DNA of 64,000 nucleotides, from contig JAANOX010000275.1 in the NCBI GenBank assembly GCA_020184695.1, forward strand, positions 62,001-126,000, read 5' to 3'. A program made the translations under genes and the position numbers. The notes under the pieces were generated by a model. It was not told where the DNA came from. It saw nothing but the letters and a program-made list of their open reading frames with translations, and did no database searches. Every line of letters begins with the position of its first letter. Position 1 is the stretch's first letter. Origin of the DNA: Histomonas meleagridis 2922-C6/04-290x (Eukaryota; Protista; Parabasalia). This document shows positions 20,900 to 32,800 of this stretch, in pieces.

Positions 20900-21879
20900 T
20901 TTTGCAAAATTTGACAAATACTTGTGATTTCAAAATAACTTATAACTTTCAAAATATTAAATAAAGAACTATCGCTATGATGCTTTTTTCGCCTTTGATC
21001 TTTCATTTTTCGAAATATTGATTTTTAAAAATTTAATTTTTTCTATTTAAATATTTAAATGCAAATAATTATAAATATATCGAAACCAATGTACATGTTT
21101 ATGAATTTTGATCCATTTTTTTAACGAAAAGAATATATTCATAAAAATTAATTGGAATCTAATTTTTTATCCTTAGAAACTCGAAAGTTCATCATCAATA
21201 GTATTTTTAATATGGACATTGGATGTCTGCAACAAATTTGAATTACATGTTTCTCACATAAAATCACAAAAGCACAGATTTATTTATTAAGTTTTACTTG
21301 TTGGAAATTCGACAAAAAGTGGTAAATGATTTTATGAATAAAAATGGATTCTTGCTTATCACATATAAAATATATTCTTTCTGCGGAATTAAAAAATAAA
21401 TTGATGACACATGACATATGTGTTATAATTTAAATAACAAAAAATATAAAGTATGGTCATTAAAAAGATTCATTACATAATGAGAAAATATGTTTTGAAA
21501 CCTCAAAATTTTAGCAAAAAATATGGAGACAACCAAGAATTTGTAATTTTTATTTGACCAATTATATATACATAAAGTTTTCTTTCTATCGGTATATGTT
21601 CCAACACTTTTTTTCTTCTGTGGCATGAGTCTAGTTTTGAATTGTTAATTCACAAAAAAGCACAAGAACCAAAAAATTTATGCATTTTTGTTAACAAGAT
21701 TTAATTGATACATATTACTAATGAATAAAATGAGGCTAATGTTTGCTAAGTACTTCGAAGGTATGACACAGTTTTATCTTTTTGAGCTTCACCCTTAAGA
21801 TGAACGAAGAACGCGCGAAATAAAAAACATAACGCACGGGGCACCCCAAATATCTTCTTGCCAACCGTTCGCGTCACAA

Positions 21880-24800
21880 ATGAAAACATCGCAGCCGTTC
21901 CATACCTTCGATCCACAGAAATACATCAAACGCCGTTACTCACCATTAGTTGTCACTGTTGTTGAAGACGATGTTGAGCAACTTTTCAAGCAAAGTAATT
22001 TAACCTTTACTGATTTTCTTGCCGCGTTTGTAGAGTACGACAATAATCCCATGCGAATCATCACCGGCGATATGCTTCGTCAAGAGACACAAGAAGAGTT
22101 ATTAATGAATGTTCGAAATGACACATTCCTATTCTCACAATCCTTTGCATTCCAAGAATTCGAAGATAGCGACGCCACTGATCCGCAGCTAAGTCCTATT
22201 CCCGACTTATTTCCAAAGGCAATTCATTATCCATCCAAAGAATCAATGAATCCTCCATGGTTCTCGTTATTTGCCGAGAAACTTCTTAAGTCGATGCAAT
22301 TTACGGACTTTGACTTTTGCGATCTTCCAACGTGCATTGTCTATGCGACAAAATCCAATTCCCAAATCCCACTTAAGACGCCAACTGATGTTATTCACTC
22401 AATAGCATTTCCACAATGGATGAATGAGTTCGTTAGTGGCATCCCAATTGTTCGAGTGATTGTATATGATGGACTTGTAACATCAGCAAGTAATACATCC
22501 AAAGGTCAATTCAAGGAAATTTATCACCTATGTTTCCGCACACGACACATTGATATGTCCGCTCCAATGGATAAGGTCACACTTCAAAATCTCTTCAAGT
22601 ACGATACACACCTTACGAAAAGTGACGACTTCTTTTCTGATGTTGGTCAATCTGACGTCAAAAGTGTCAAAGATTTTCTTAACATTCTCCACAAAATCAT
22701 AACGGCCGACATTGAAATTACGATCAAAAGTCACGACTTTGAAATCGAAGGGATGAACACCGTTTCGAATAAACTTAAGAATTTGTTTTCGAAGAACGTT
22801 CCGGAGCGTGTTACTGATTATCATTCAATTCCATGGAAAATTATCATCCATCAAAAGATCGCTTCGTTACATATGATCTTAGGCAATTATGACAATTCGC
22901 GCAAAAGTTTTCATGAGGCATCGAATTTATATTCTTCTAATAAGCAACATAATGATCTACGATTACATTGCTTATTATTACATACATTTTCATGTATTAA
23001 TAAGCAGAATTTCCTTTCTCATTTGAAGGATGGAATTACATACTTAATGTCGCATATAGCAGAAGCACGTAGCGTTCGATTCCTAATTATGGTTCCATTA
23101 CTTGTAGCAGAGTTTTATTCGTCGTTATTCGATTATAATCAGTCATGTCAATTGTATAAGTTAGCGATCAATAAAATCAAGAAATTGTGGTCAGGCAACA
23201 TCGACATCCGAAGTACTATACTTGGATTATTATATGAACGACTTGCAGGCTTAACGCAAGATAAGAACCATAGCTTATTATATACATCGATAGCAGCGAA
23301 GACGTATTTGTCATGTGAACAAATCCCTCATGCATTACGATGTTATATATGGCTATTAAAGTTATTACCGAATAACCAATGGGTATTATTAAGTCAAACT
23401 GCTTGGCTCGAGAAGGCGAAAATTCTTTGTAACTTAAACCAATTCATGAGAGCTTTAAATAACTTAAAAGAACTTTTGGCATTACCGAACTTACATCAAT
23501 CTTTACATGAACAAGTAATGTCATCATTTTGGGTTCCTTATAATCAAACTTCTCTTATTAAAGAAGAAAAGAAAATTAATATTCGATCATTATTAGATAT
23601 AAAAGGTATACAAATTGTAGATCAAAGTGAACCGGAATATTTCGGATTAAATAATGATGACTTCATGGAAATGATTAATGAATATGATAAACATGCTAAA
23701 CAAGCTTTAGGACTTACTTCAAGTGTATCATTTGATTCTTGGTATGAAGATTCAAATGATTATTCAAAGAAGAAGAAAATTATTAACAAAGTTGGAATAG
23801 GTAATGAAATTATAGTTATCATTAGTGTATATAATCATTATAAGTTTTCGATACATTTAAATAGTGCTATTTTACAAGCAAATTTCGTTGGGAATAATGA
23901 AGAGAATATTGAAACTTATAAAATAGAACAAATTAATAATATAAATATTCCTGGATTAACTAAGAAACCTATAGATTTAAAGTTTAAATTTACTCCATTG
24001 TTATCTGGTAAATATACTATTGATAAATTTAATAAAAGTTATTGGGGTCATATTAATACTGAAGTAAATTGTGAACCTTTAACATTTACTTCGATTGAAA
24101 ATATCCCACAAATTACTATGGATATTATAGATTTCCCATCAGAATGTTATTTAGGTCAATGTTATAAATTTTATATATCAATTACTAATAATGGAAACTT
24201 TTCAATTAATGGTTATGATATTATATATGATAAACCTTCAGTAATTGTACCATTAGAAAATAAGTATAAAATATTCGATAAAATTGGAGTGTTTTCTTAT
24301 AGAAAAGAAATTAAACCTAATGAAACTATAACTAATGAATTCATAGTACAAATTTCAAGTAATTTAACTTCATATTATCGATTCTTCGTAGCTATTGAAG
24401 GTAATCAATATGCTTATGCTGAAAAGAAAGTTATCACTAAACCTATAATGCGTGTTGAAGCTTGTATAATCAAGAAACAAAATGAAACTACAAATATGAT
24501 ATTTAGATCGAGTGTTACATCCATTAATAAAAACATTGAAATCATTGGATTCATTAATAAAAATGGATATTTATTAAAGACAATTAAAAATAATAATAAT
24601 AATCAATGTATTAATAATAATAAGAAATTTAATTTCTTCGGATATACTTCAGAAGAAACAATAGAAAAAACTGATGAATGGAGAACGAAAGTTATGGGTA
24701 AAGCACCAATGTCAATATTATTTAAGGTTGATAATGAAAAACTTTATGGTCAATTTAACTTAAATGTAATGGAATCGAAATCAAAATATTCATTAAAGTT

Positions 24801-25161
24801 TATAATGCCTAATGAATGTAAAATAGGTCAAAAAATTAATGCAAAAATTATGTTATTAAATCCATCAAATGAAAACATTAAATTATTTGTCGAACCTGCT
24901 CAATTTGAACTTGTAGGCGTAGTAGATGAAAGATCTCAAGTTGTTGGTTGTCGATGGATAGGTAAAAGAAGAATTCTTTTATCAAACCTTAATGAATTTA
25001 AAGCAGATCTTTCATTCATTACACAAAAAGGTGGGATATATAAAATCCATGGATTTTATATATCAGAAAATAATGACTTTTCAAATCCGAAGCTAATTGA
25101 ATTGACTCAAAGAATTTTCGTATCATCACGGAATTCAATAGGGCCGTTACGAATTGAATAA
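21880..25161 (+). CDS. TRAPP complex subunit 8 (Trs85)-like
   Basis: YSPLVVTVVEDDVEQLFKQSNLTFTDFLAAF fits the TRAPPC8 N-terminal pattern; central TPR-like helices; C-terminal beta-rich domains; 1093 aa. Confidence 0.65.
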   Translation: MKTSQPFHTFDPQKYIKRRYSPLVVTVVEDDVEQLFKQSNLTFTDFLAAFVEYDNNPMRIITGDMLRQETQEELLMNVRNDTFLFSQSFAFQEFEDSDATDPQLSPIPDLFPKAIHYPSKESMNPPWFSLFAEKLLKSMQFTDFDFCDLPTCIVYATKSNSQIPLKTPTDVIHSIAFPQWMNEFVSGIPIVRVIVYDGLVTSASNTSKGQFKEIYHLCFRTRHIDMSAPMDKVTLQNLFKYDTHLTKSDDFFSDVGQSDVKSVKDFLNILHKIITADIEITIKSHDFEIEGMNTVSNKLKNLFSKNVPERVTDYHSIPWKIIIHQKIASLHMILGNYDNSRKSFHEASNLYSSNKQHNDLRLHCLLLHTFSCINKQNFLSHLKDGITYLMSHIAEARSVRFLIMVPLLVAEFYSSLFDYNQSCQLYKLAINKIKKLWSGNIDIRSTILGLLYERLAGLTQDKNHSLLYTSIAAKTYLSCEQIPHALRCYIWLLKLLPNNQWVLLSQTAWLEKAKILCNLNQFMRALNNLKELLALPNLHQSLHEQVMSSFWVPYNQTSLIKEEKKINIRSLLDIKGIQIVDQSEPEYFGLNNDDFMEMINEYDKHAKQALGLTSSVSFDSWYEDSNDYSKKKKIINKVGIGNEIIVIISVYNHYKFSIHLNSAILQANFVGNNEENIETYKIEQINNINIPGLTKKPIDLKFKFTPLLSGKYTIDKFNKSYWGHINTEVNCEPLTFTSIENIPQITMDIIDFPSECYLGQCYKFYISITNNGNFSINGYDIIYDKPSVIVPLENKYKIFDKIGVFSYRKEIKPNETITNEFIVQISSNLTSYYRFFVAIEGNQYAYAEKKVITKPIMRVEACIIKKQNETTNMIFRSSVTSINKNIEIIGFINKNGYLLKTIKNNNNNQCINNNKKFNFFGYTSEETIEKTDEWRTKVMGKAPMSILFKVDNEKLYGQFNLNVMESKSKYSLKFIMPNECKIGQKINAKIMLLNPSNENIKLFVEPAQFELVGVVDERSQVVGCRWIGKRRILLSNLNEFKADLSFITQKGGIYKIHGFYISENNDFSNPKLIELTQRIFVSSRNSIGPLRIE

Positions 25162-25195
25162 AAGTTGTTACGATAAACCGTTTTTGAACCGCAAA

Positions 25196-27232
25196 ATGTT
25201 TTCTGTGTTCTTGGCTTTGTCATCGTGTTCAACAGAAAGAGCTATTCCTTCGTATTGGCTTAACAATTGGGATGGCACAGATACACTGATTGGCTTTTGG
25301 AACATGGCTTCAGATTCTTGGTCAGTCCCACCAAAATATCGACCAGGTATTCAAACTCTCCGTGCTTTTGATCAACTTGAGCGTGACCTAATTACAGATG
25401 ATAGCTTTGCTTTCAACATTGACGGCATTGGTTATCGTGACCCACTTATGATGAACTCATCTCATTTAGGAGGTTGTGTTCAAGAACCTACAGGTGAACT
25501 TTGGACAGAATATACTCATTACGGTACAAGAAAACTTCCTATTAAGATACGTCGTTCTTTCATAATGCCACCAAATGAAAAATTCTATATGGTCAAATAT
25601 CAAATAACATCAACTGATGGAGCAACACATACAGTTGATCTCCTCGATTTCCTTTCATCAGGACCATGTAATGAATGGGCACGTGGTAAATGTTCAGATG
25701 GAGTTTGTACTATTGATCAACAATATTGCCTTGGTTATGGTACTGCTATTTCCGTTGATACCACTCATGAAGTATCATATACTATGGGTAATGGTCAATT
25801 CACTGAAAGCGACAATCCATTAACACATTTCCAAAATAATGGTGAAGTTCCTTCATTCCCTGAATACGATCAATTCAAAGTTGGTTTTGGAGCACTTTAC
25901 AAGAACCTTCAAGTTACTACTGGTACCATTACAATCATTTCATATCGTGCATTTGGACGTTCACTTGACGATGCTCGTTCAACATTAACCAAATGTTTAT
26001 CTAAAACCAGCAGTCAATGGGAAGCAACAACAAATACATTATATACTAATTGGATTAATTCCGGAGAAGTTCCTTCATTAACAGGAGATGCACTCGACAT
26101 GTATAAGAAGTCACTTCTTGTTTTAAAGAATTCACAAAATCCAAAACTTGGTACCATTGCATCATCATTACATCCACTTTATGGCTATAAAACATGGAGC
26201 CGTGACTCAATCATGGCTGCATTCATGTTAGATGCATCTGGTCATCATTCTGAAGCTAAGCTTTATTACGATTGGATACCAAAAGCACCATTAACATCAA
26301 ATGGAGCATTCCACACATGTTATAATACATTTACAGGTGCTGAAGTCGGATTTGTTGAACCACAATATGATTCAATTGGTTATTATCTAATTGCTATGAA
26401 TTATCATCTTCAATGTTATGGTGATGAAACTTGGGTTAAGTCACATCTTGCAACCATCGAAAAGTTTGCGCAATGGATAATTGATAATAAAGGCGCACAA
26501 AACTTAGGATTAAGTGATCGTTCACCTTGGGAAGAATCAACTGATCATCATACAGGTGAACCAATCCCTGAACAATATTATACATTTAGTCAATCATTAT
26601 ATTATGGAGGCTTAAAAGCTGCCGTAATGATTGAAAAGAAGATTGGTACATCAATGAAAGAATTTTCTTATAATTCACGAGCAAATGAAATCCAACAACT
26701 TGTTCTCGAATACTTATGGGATGATACTAACTCCCATTTCTATAGAGGTAGATGGCAAGATACATTTATGCCAGACACTAGAGCTGACTCTTCTTCGTTA
26801 TCAGTTATATTTACTGGCCTCGTAAGGGATTCTAGAGCTCAATCGCATTTGAACTTCTGTGTCGATAAATTAGAAAAATTGGGCGGAGGTACCTCCAGAT
26901 ATGAAGGAGACCCATATTTCTTCGATTCAAAATGGAATCCTTGTGGTGAAGGTACTTCTGAAACTCAAAGAAATGAACCAGCTTGGCCGGTGACAACTGC
27001 TTATGTTGCTTGGGCTGAACATGCTCTTGGTAAGGATATCAGCAAAAGAGTTAATTGGATGTTGAAATATTCCGCTTATGGTAATATGCCAGTTGGTGAA
27101 GGTGTTGATTCAGCCGATGGCGCTATGATCGTCCCAAGTGCACCCGATTGCTTCGAACATGGTGGTGTATACGTGTATACGCAATTGCTGATTCAAGGAA
27201 AAGTTAAATCAATTTTGGAAACACTTGAATAA
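25196..27232 (+). CDS. Secreted glycoside hydrolase family 15 (glucoamylase-like)
   Basis: Signal-like MFSVFLALSSCS at ATG 25196; WSRD, QYDS, PWEE (acid Glu), RYEGDPY, AWP and PVGEG motifs. Confidence 0.85.
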   Translation: MFSVFLALSSCSTERAIPSYWLNNWDGTDTLIGFWNMASDSWSVPPKYRPGIQTLRAFDQLERDLITDDSFAFNIDGIGYRDPLMMNSSHLGGCVQEPTGELWTEYTHYGTRKLPIKIRRSFIMPPNEKFYMVKYQITSTDGATHTVDLLDFLSSGPCNEWARGKCSDGVCTIDQQYCLGYGTAISVDTTHEVSYTMGNGQFTESDNPLTHFQNNGEVPSFPEYDQFKVGFGALYKNLQVTTGTITIISYRAFGRSLDDARSTLTKCLSKTSSQWEATTNTLYTNWINSGEVPSLTGDALDMYKKSLLVLKNSQNPKLGTIASSLHPLYGYKTWSRDSIMAAFMLDASGHHSEAKLYYDWIPKAPLTSNGAFHTCYNTFTGAEVGFVEPQYDSIGYYLIAMNYHLQCYGDETWVKSHLATIEKFAQWIIDNKGAQNLGLSDRSPWEESTDHHTGEPIPEQYYTFSQSLYYGGLKAAVMIEKKIGTSMKEFSYNSRANEIQQLVLEYLWDDTNSHFYRGRWQDTFMPDTRADSSSLSVIFTGLVRDSRAQSHLNFCVDKLEKLGGGTSRYEGDPYFFDSKWNPCGEGTSETQRNEPAWPVTTAYVAWAEHALGKDISKRVNWMLKYSAYGNMPVGEGVDSADGAMIVPSAPDCFEHGGVYVYTQLLIQGKVKSILETLE

Positions 27233-27636
27233 ATGAGTCACTTTGATGTGCTTTTGATGCGACGTTTTCGTTTTGTTTAAATAACATTTTTTTATATCGT
27301 GAAAGGTGTTGTGAAGGAATCAGTGGACTTTCTTAACCTAAAGCAAAGAATAAATTTGAAATAGCTATATCAGTGTGGCTGCATAAGCAAGTTTATCAAC
27401 ATCTGATATTCTATCGTTCATCAGTATCGGCGGTTAGAATATTATTGGATGTCGAAATCAAGTCAAAAATAACAAATTCAGCAAAGAGAATTAAAAAACG
27501 AATTTGATTTTGCAAAAAATAAAGTTTGCATAATACAGAAAGAAGTAGACAAAAGAGATGAATAAAAAAAAAGAAAATTAAAACCCGCACTTTTAGCAAT
27601 CAATTATCGTTGCTAGAAAATTGGCACGCGCACTTG

Positions 27637-28155
27637 CTAAACCATGCACATGCTAGTAGAAAAATCAGAAAATTCCATTAAGGAAGAGAAACGCGATTTT
27701 TCCAATGGACAGTCAAAAACAGAAGGCCATTCTTCATCTTGAAAATTGTCAAAGACACTTTCATTTTCGACTGGATTAGCTGGAATAGGTGACACTTGAG
27801 ATGGAGAAGATTCAGGTGAAGGCGTTTCAACGGATCCAATTAGTACACTGCTTACCTTGCTCCAATTCTCGCAAAACCAGCATATTAGACAATCGCGTGA
27901 ACGTTTTGCCAAACGATCTACTCGAACGTTAATTTTTGGAGAAATCCAAAGGGCCGCATCAAGAAGTTGTTTCTTTTGCGGTGGTGCACCAAAAATTAAT
28001 TCAAGAGTTTGGAGAACTTGAGGCATAGATGCTTGATTAATTTTGATTCGGTTTGCTGTCATGACCTGATCTTTTTGTGTTTGCTTTGTGAGTTCTTTGT
28101 GCTTACCGACTCTTGGTATTGTGATTAGCTGCCTTTGGTCCACGCTCAGATTCAT
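27637..28155 (-). CDS. Conserved hypothetical protein with DRLAKR...LICWFCENW motif
   Basis: Motif recalled from parabasalid hypothetical proteins (not verified); acidic Ser/Pro-rich C-terminus. Confidence 0.7.
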   Translation of the reverse strand: MNLSVDQRQLITIPRVGKHKELTKQTQKDQVMTANRIKINQASMPQVLQTLELIFGAPPQKKQLLDAALWISPKINVRVDRLAKRSRDCLICWFCENWSKVSSVLIGSVETPSPESSPSQVSPIPANPVENESVFDNFQDEEWPSVFDCPLEKSRFSSLMEFSDFSTSMCMV

Positions 28156-28570
28156 CTGTAAAATTTTGGTTCTGGTTACTGAAAATTGAATTCAATTGAA
28201 TTAGCCTCACAAATTTTGAACCTAAATTTTACATGTTGGTTGATAAACGGTCGTTGTATCAATTTGGCTAACTAACAACGGCCGTTCAAAAGGCCAAACA
28301 AATTGACACTTTTCAAATAAAAAAATCTTTTGTTCGTATGAGTTGCACATGAGATAATAAGTATATTTTTTTATTTTTTTTTCATTGTCATAAATTTTCC
28401 ATAACAAAGATCTGAACAACAATCTAGATTAAGTGACAATATAATTTGTAAACAAAGATAACAATAACTTGGATTAATTTAACATGAAGTAGAGGCATTT
28501 TAATTATCGCACTCACACATTACACAACATGTGATTTGCTTGTTTTGAACGTTTTGTAGAAGAAAATTTT

Positions 28571-29221
28571 TCATTGATTGATCGGATCAAAATGTATATC
28601 TAACATTTTATAATCATTTTTCGAAATCATTGAACTGGTTCCATCAAAATAAGTGACCTTAATTGTACCATTTTCAAGAATCTCTTTATCGACAATCCAT
28701 TTTTGTCCAGATTTTGTAACCATAATAGACATACCTTCTGTTGTGCTGCTTGGCTTTTGTTTTTCTTGCTTAACAAAATTGAGATCTGAAAGTATTTCTT
28801 CTTGAGATAAAGGTTCACATGCCGCAGCGAATTCAGCATTTAGCTTTTGAGGCTTTGGTTTCTTTCTCATTCTTTTTTTAGTACCTCTAGTGGGGAATCT
28901 AATAAACAAATCAGGGCAAATCTTTTTTAATTTTTCATACTCATTTGGGTCATCTGTAATTTCTTGAATTTTTCCGCATGTATTGTATAAAAGGCGTTGC
29001 TTCATGTACAATATTTCTTCATTCATTTCCTTTTTTAATCTTTCTCTTTCCCTCTCGATCGGCAGCATTTCTTGCTCAAGCCTCATTAATAAATATTCTT
29101 GTGAAGAAGGATCAAGTTGATTATAAATATTGTTTTCTTCTTCTGTAAAGTTAAATTTTGCTTCTTTTTTGCTTGTTTCCATTCCGGGCTTTACATAAAC
29201 GGTCGCCTGAGTCTGATACAT
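28571..29221 (-). CDS. Possible Sds3/BRMS1-like coiled-coil protein
   Basis: Coiled coil (LEQEMLPIERERERLKKE), basic patch TRGTKKRMRKKPK, then LSQEEILSDL resembling the Sds3 L-x-x-x-E-I-x-x-D-L motif; TCATT Inr upstream. Confidence 0.45.
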   Translation of the reverse strand: MYQTQATVYVKPGMETSKKEAKFNFTEEENNIYNQLDPSSQEYLLMRLEQEMLPIERERERLKKEMNEEILYMKQRLLYNTCGKIQEITDDPNEYEKLKKICPDLFIRFPTRGTKKRMRKKPKPQKLNAEFAAACEPLSQEEILSDLNFVKQEKQKPSSTTEGMSIMVTKSGQKWIVDKEILENGTIKVTYFDGTSSMISKNDYKMLDIHFDPINQ

Positions 29222-29829
29222 TCAATTTAATGAAATAGGGAATTTTAGCAATTCCTCTTAAATAAAGGAAACTTATTAGTTGATATTATTCACTACATAT
29301 AGAGAGGCTCAAACAAGTTATCTGTAGATAACATAAAGCAATAAATTTTATAATTATGAAAATATAATGGATAATATTAAAAATAATAATATATTAAAAT
29401 GTTATATTACATTAGTTCAAACAATGAATTATTCAAATTGAACTCAAGCAAATATAAAATAAGTAAAAATAGAAATATAATTAAATTTAATTCCTTATTG
29501 ATTATTAAAATTTAAATACATGGGGTACTTTCGATTCCAAATTAAATTTGTTTATTACAGCATCCAATATTTTAGAAAATAATATATATATATAACAATA
29601 AAATAAAATCACTATATATATTGAAAGAATATTTTGTTTCGAATATAGCATCGATCTATATAGCATAATTAACTTGCTGAATGTCGTTTTCTCACTACTC
29701 ATGGCGTCAAACAATTTTTTATCCAATATCTCAAACATAATCAAATTTCTTTTCCATACACTGTAAACACCAATATTCCATACACTGTATTCCCTAAGTT
29801 TGAATGAAAATTCATGAAATTCCTAATGT

Positions 29830-32800
29830 TTAACCAATAGTATTATAAGACTTATAATCGCCGGTTCCCTTCTTCTTCTTATACACAATAACGCCGACAA
29901 TTATTGCAACAACGACAACAGCGACTATTACGCAACCGACAATTATAGCAGTCTTTGATCCACTGCTTCCGCCTCCGCTAATTTCAGGAGCAGCAGTTAA
30001 GTTCACGTTAATGCATGTCATTACCTTTGTGTTTAATGTGTCTGCGTTATTTGAGCAATAAGCCTTAAGCACAGAGTTCTCACCGTTGAGATCTTTCTCA
30101 GTTGCTTGGAAAGTAATTAATCCCAAATAACTTTCACAAGTCTCCAAAGTAAATGTTGTGTTATCTGTGCAATAAATTTCATTTGTCGTGCCGATGTAAT
30201 TATTTAAGTCAATGTTACCATCTTTCGTTTCATAATTCATTATGATTTGCTTTGGCTTAGATATTAATGCCTTAGTTTCAATTCTTGGAATTGTGCCAAT
30301 GTGATAATTAAATATTATCTTATTTCCATTTATGTTAATTGTGTCTACAACTAATGATGTACCTGATTTCATGACAACGTCATTCGAATTAATTGAACCT
30401 CCAACTGATGCTGTAGTTCTGACAACGACATCTTTAGCTTTAACTTCGTTACTTTCGATTGTTGTTGTTGTAGAAGCTGAGTTAAGTTTAAATTGTGCTC
30501 TTGATGAGAATTGGATTTCATTAAATTCGACTTCGCCATTAATATCAAATGTTACATTACCACTAACTTTCATTGGGTTTTCAACAACAAGTTTCTTTTG
30601 GCCATCTTTAAGATTAATTATAACATTACCTGTACCTTCAAGTGAAATGTTTAAGTTACTTGTGATGTTATTGATTGTAACATTGCCTGCATGTTTAATG
30701 ACGATAACACTATCGTTTACATTTTGTAATGATTCCCAATTTCCAACAAAGTTAATTACTGAGTTATTTCCAATTGGTGAAACATCAACTTTAAATCCTG
30801 GAATTGTTGTTGTTGAATTTAATATTAAATTAATTGGATTCATTGATGTGAATTTAGTGCCTAATGTGCCAGCAACTTTATCTTTAGATATAAGAACTCC
30901 ATTTGCATTAATTCCAGTGGATGTGATAGTAATATCTGATACTGTTTGATCAAATTCAACTGTTAAGTTTCCATATTTAGAATTATGAAGTTCTTGATAT
31001 GTTTGAAGATCTAAATATACCTTCTTACCAGTAAATGAGATTTGGTCTTTAAGTTGACCTATAATTGTTGATTGATAAATTGATAATGTTGGAACATTAA
31101 CTTCTGTATAATTATCAACTGGCGAATTCTTGATGTTAAAGTTAAGAATTGAATTTGTAACAGAAAGTGATGAACAATGATCCTTAATTGTTAAGTCCAT
31201 ATCAACATTAACTTGTGACTTTGTCTTAGATGAAATTGTAACTGCTGCTTCTTTATTGAGAAGATTTGGAAGTTGAATTGAGTATTGTTGTGTCATGTTT
31301 TCATTAATTTGTAAGTCAATCTTCTTTGTTCCTTTATGAACTTTGTTTTGAATTGCTGACATTGTTTGCATATCAATAGTAACATATCCTTGATCACATT
31401 TTCCGCCAACGCAATATTTCTCAGCAATACTTGGTGGAAGACTTATAAATACTAATTGAACACAACTTTGGTTTTTATCAGTTCCATATCTTAATTCAGT
31501 TACTTCAGAGAACATTCTTGCGAATTTATCTTCTTCATCTTCATATTCTTCATATTCATAATAATCGTCATCATTTTCTTCTTCTTCTTCAGTAACATAA
31601 TTTAATACCCATGAATCTCGTTCAATTGATTGTTTAGAGCATACAACATTCATTGGGATATCTAATTTAGATTTAATCATTTCGAAGTCTGATGTAGAAA
31701 CTTCAATATCAAACTTAAGGTCCATATTATATTTGGTTCCACTTTCTGGGATAATTGCTGAGTCTGTTGTGAGTCTTCCATATTGGAATTCTCCATCATC
31801 TTCAATTGATACTTCAACTTGTAAATGTCCATTGGATGCAAGGTTAAAGTTTTTGAGATATTTAACTTCGTCTTCAATTTCAATGTAATCATAAATTGTG
31901 TTAATATTATTTGCAATATGTTTGCTACTTGATTCAAATCGAAGATGAAGTGTGAGAGTAGAATTAGTATTGGCATTAATCTTAGCATTAGATTCTCCAT
32001 GAATACTACTTGTTGTAAATGTAATTGGTTCTTGAAGTGTTGAGCGAATCATATCATTAGCTGTAGCAACTTCAATTCGTCCTGTAATACCTGCATTTGG
32101 AGATGTAACGACTATGTCAAGTGGTTCTTTGCAATCATTAATGATATATGCTGGAATGTTTTGTGCACCAATTTCAATGGTTGATTTATGTGATTGTTTG
32201 ATCTCAAAGAATAATTCATCATCATCATCGTCATCATCACCAAGGTTTGTTAAGGTAAGTGGCCATGTGTCTGTTGGGAAGCTAAGTGTACCGCCGGAAA
32301 GTTTGAATTCATATTCCCACATTTCAAGATATGTAAACCAGCCTTCATGTGATACAGTAACATGATTCTTGATGCCAGAGAACTTAACTTTAGGTCTAAC
32401 AAATGTCGAGTTAAAAATGATTTTATGTTCGCAGCCAACTGGTGTGACATCAAGCCTAAGACGAGATATAAGTAAATTAAGATCTGCGGTGATCTCCTTT
32501 GCAATTTTGATTGAGTTTGACTTAGAAAGAGAGAACCTGAAGTTAATTGTTAAATCTGTTGAAAGATTTGCGTCAATATTTGTTAATTCAAACTTGCAAA
32601 CCTCAATATGACTTACGCCAATGATAGAATTAGTGTCAGAAACTAATTCATCTGAGAAGATCTTAAGAGCACCATTAATTGGTTTAAGAACAACATTTTC
32701 CAATATTAATTCAGATTTGTAAATTTCTGCGCTATGAACTTCAACAGTGATATTAATGATTTCAAGTTTTTTATCTTTGAGAGACGAGTTAGAAAATTTA

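Noticed and set aside
21820-21880. E2F-like GCGCGAAA motif upstream of the TRAPPC8-like gene
   Set aside because: A single short match with no supporting context.
25154-25195. Apparent overlap of TRAPPC8-like and GH15 ORFs
   Set aside because: The track start is not ATG; the first ATG at 25196 gives a signal peptide and no overlap.
30332-30949. 205-aa plus-strand ORF and similar antisense ORFs (22528-22824, 37156-37497, 48478-48753)
   Set aside because: Antisense to long, well-supported genes; expected from codon bias.
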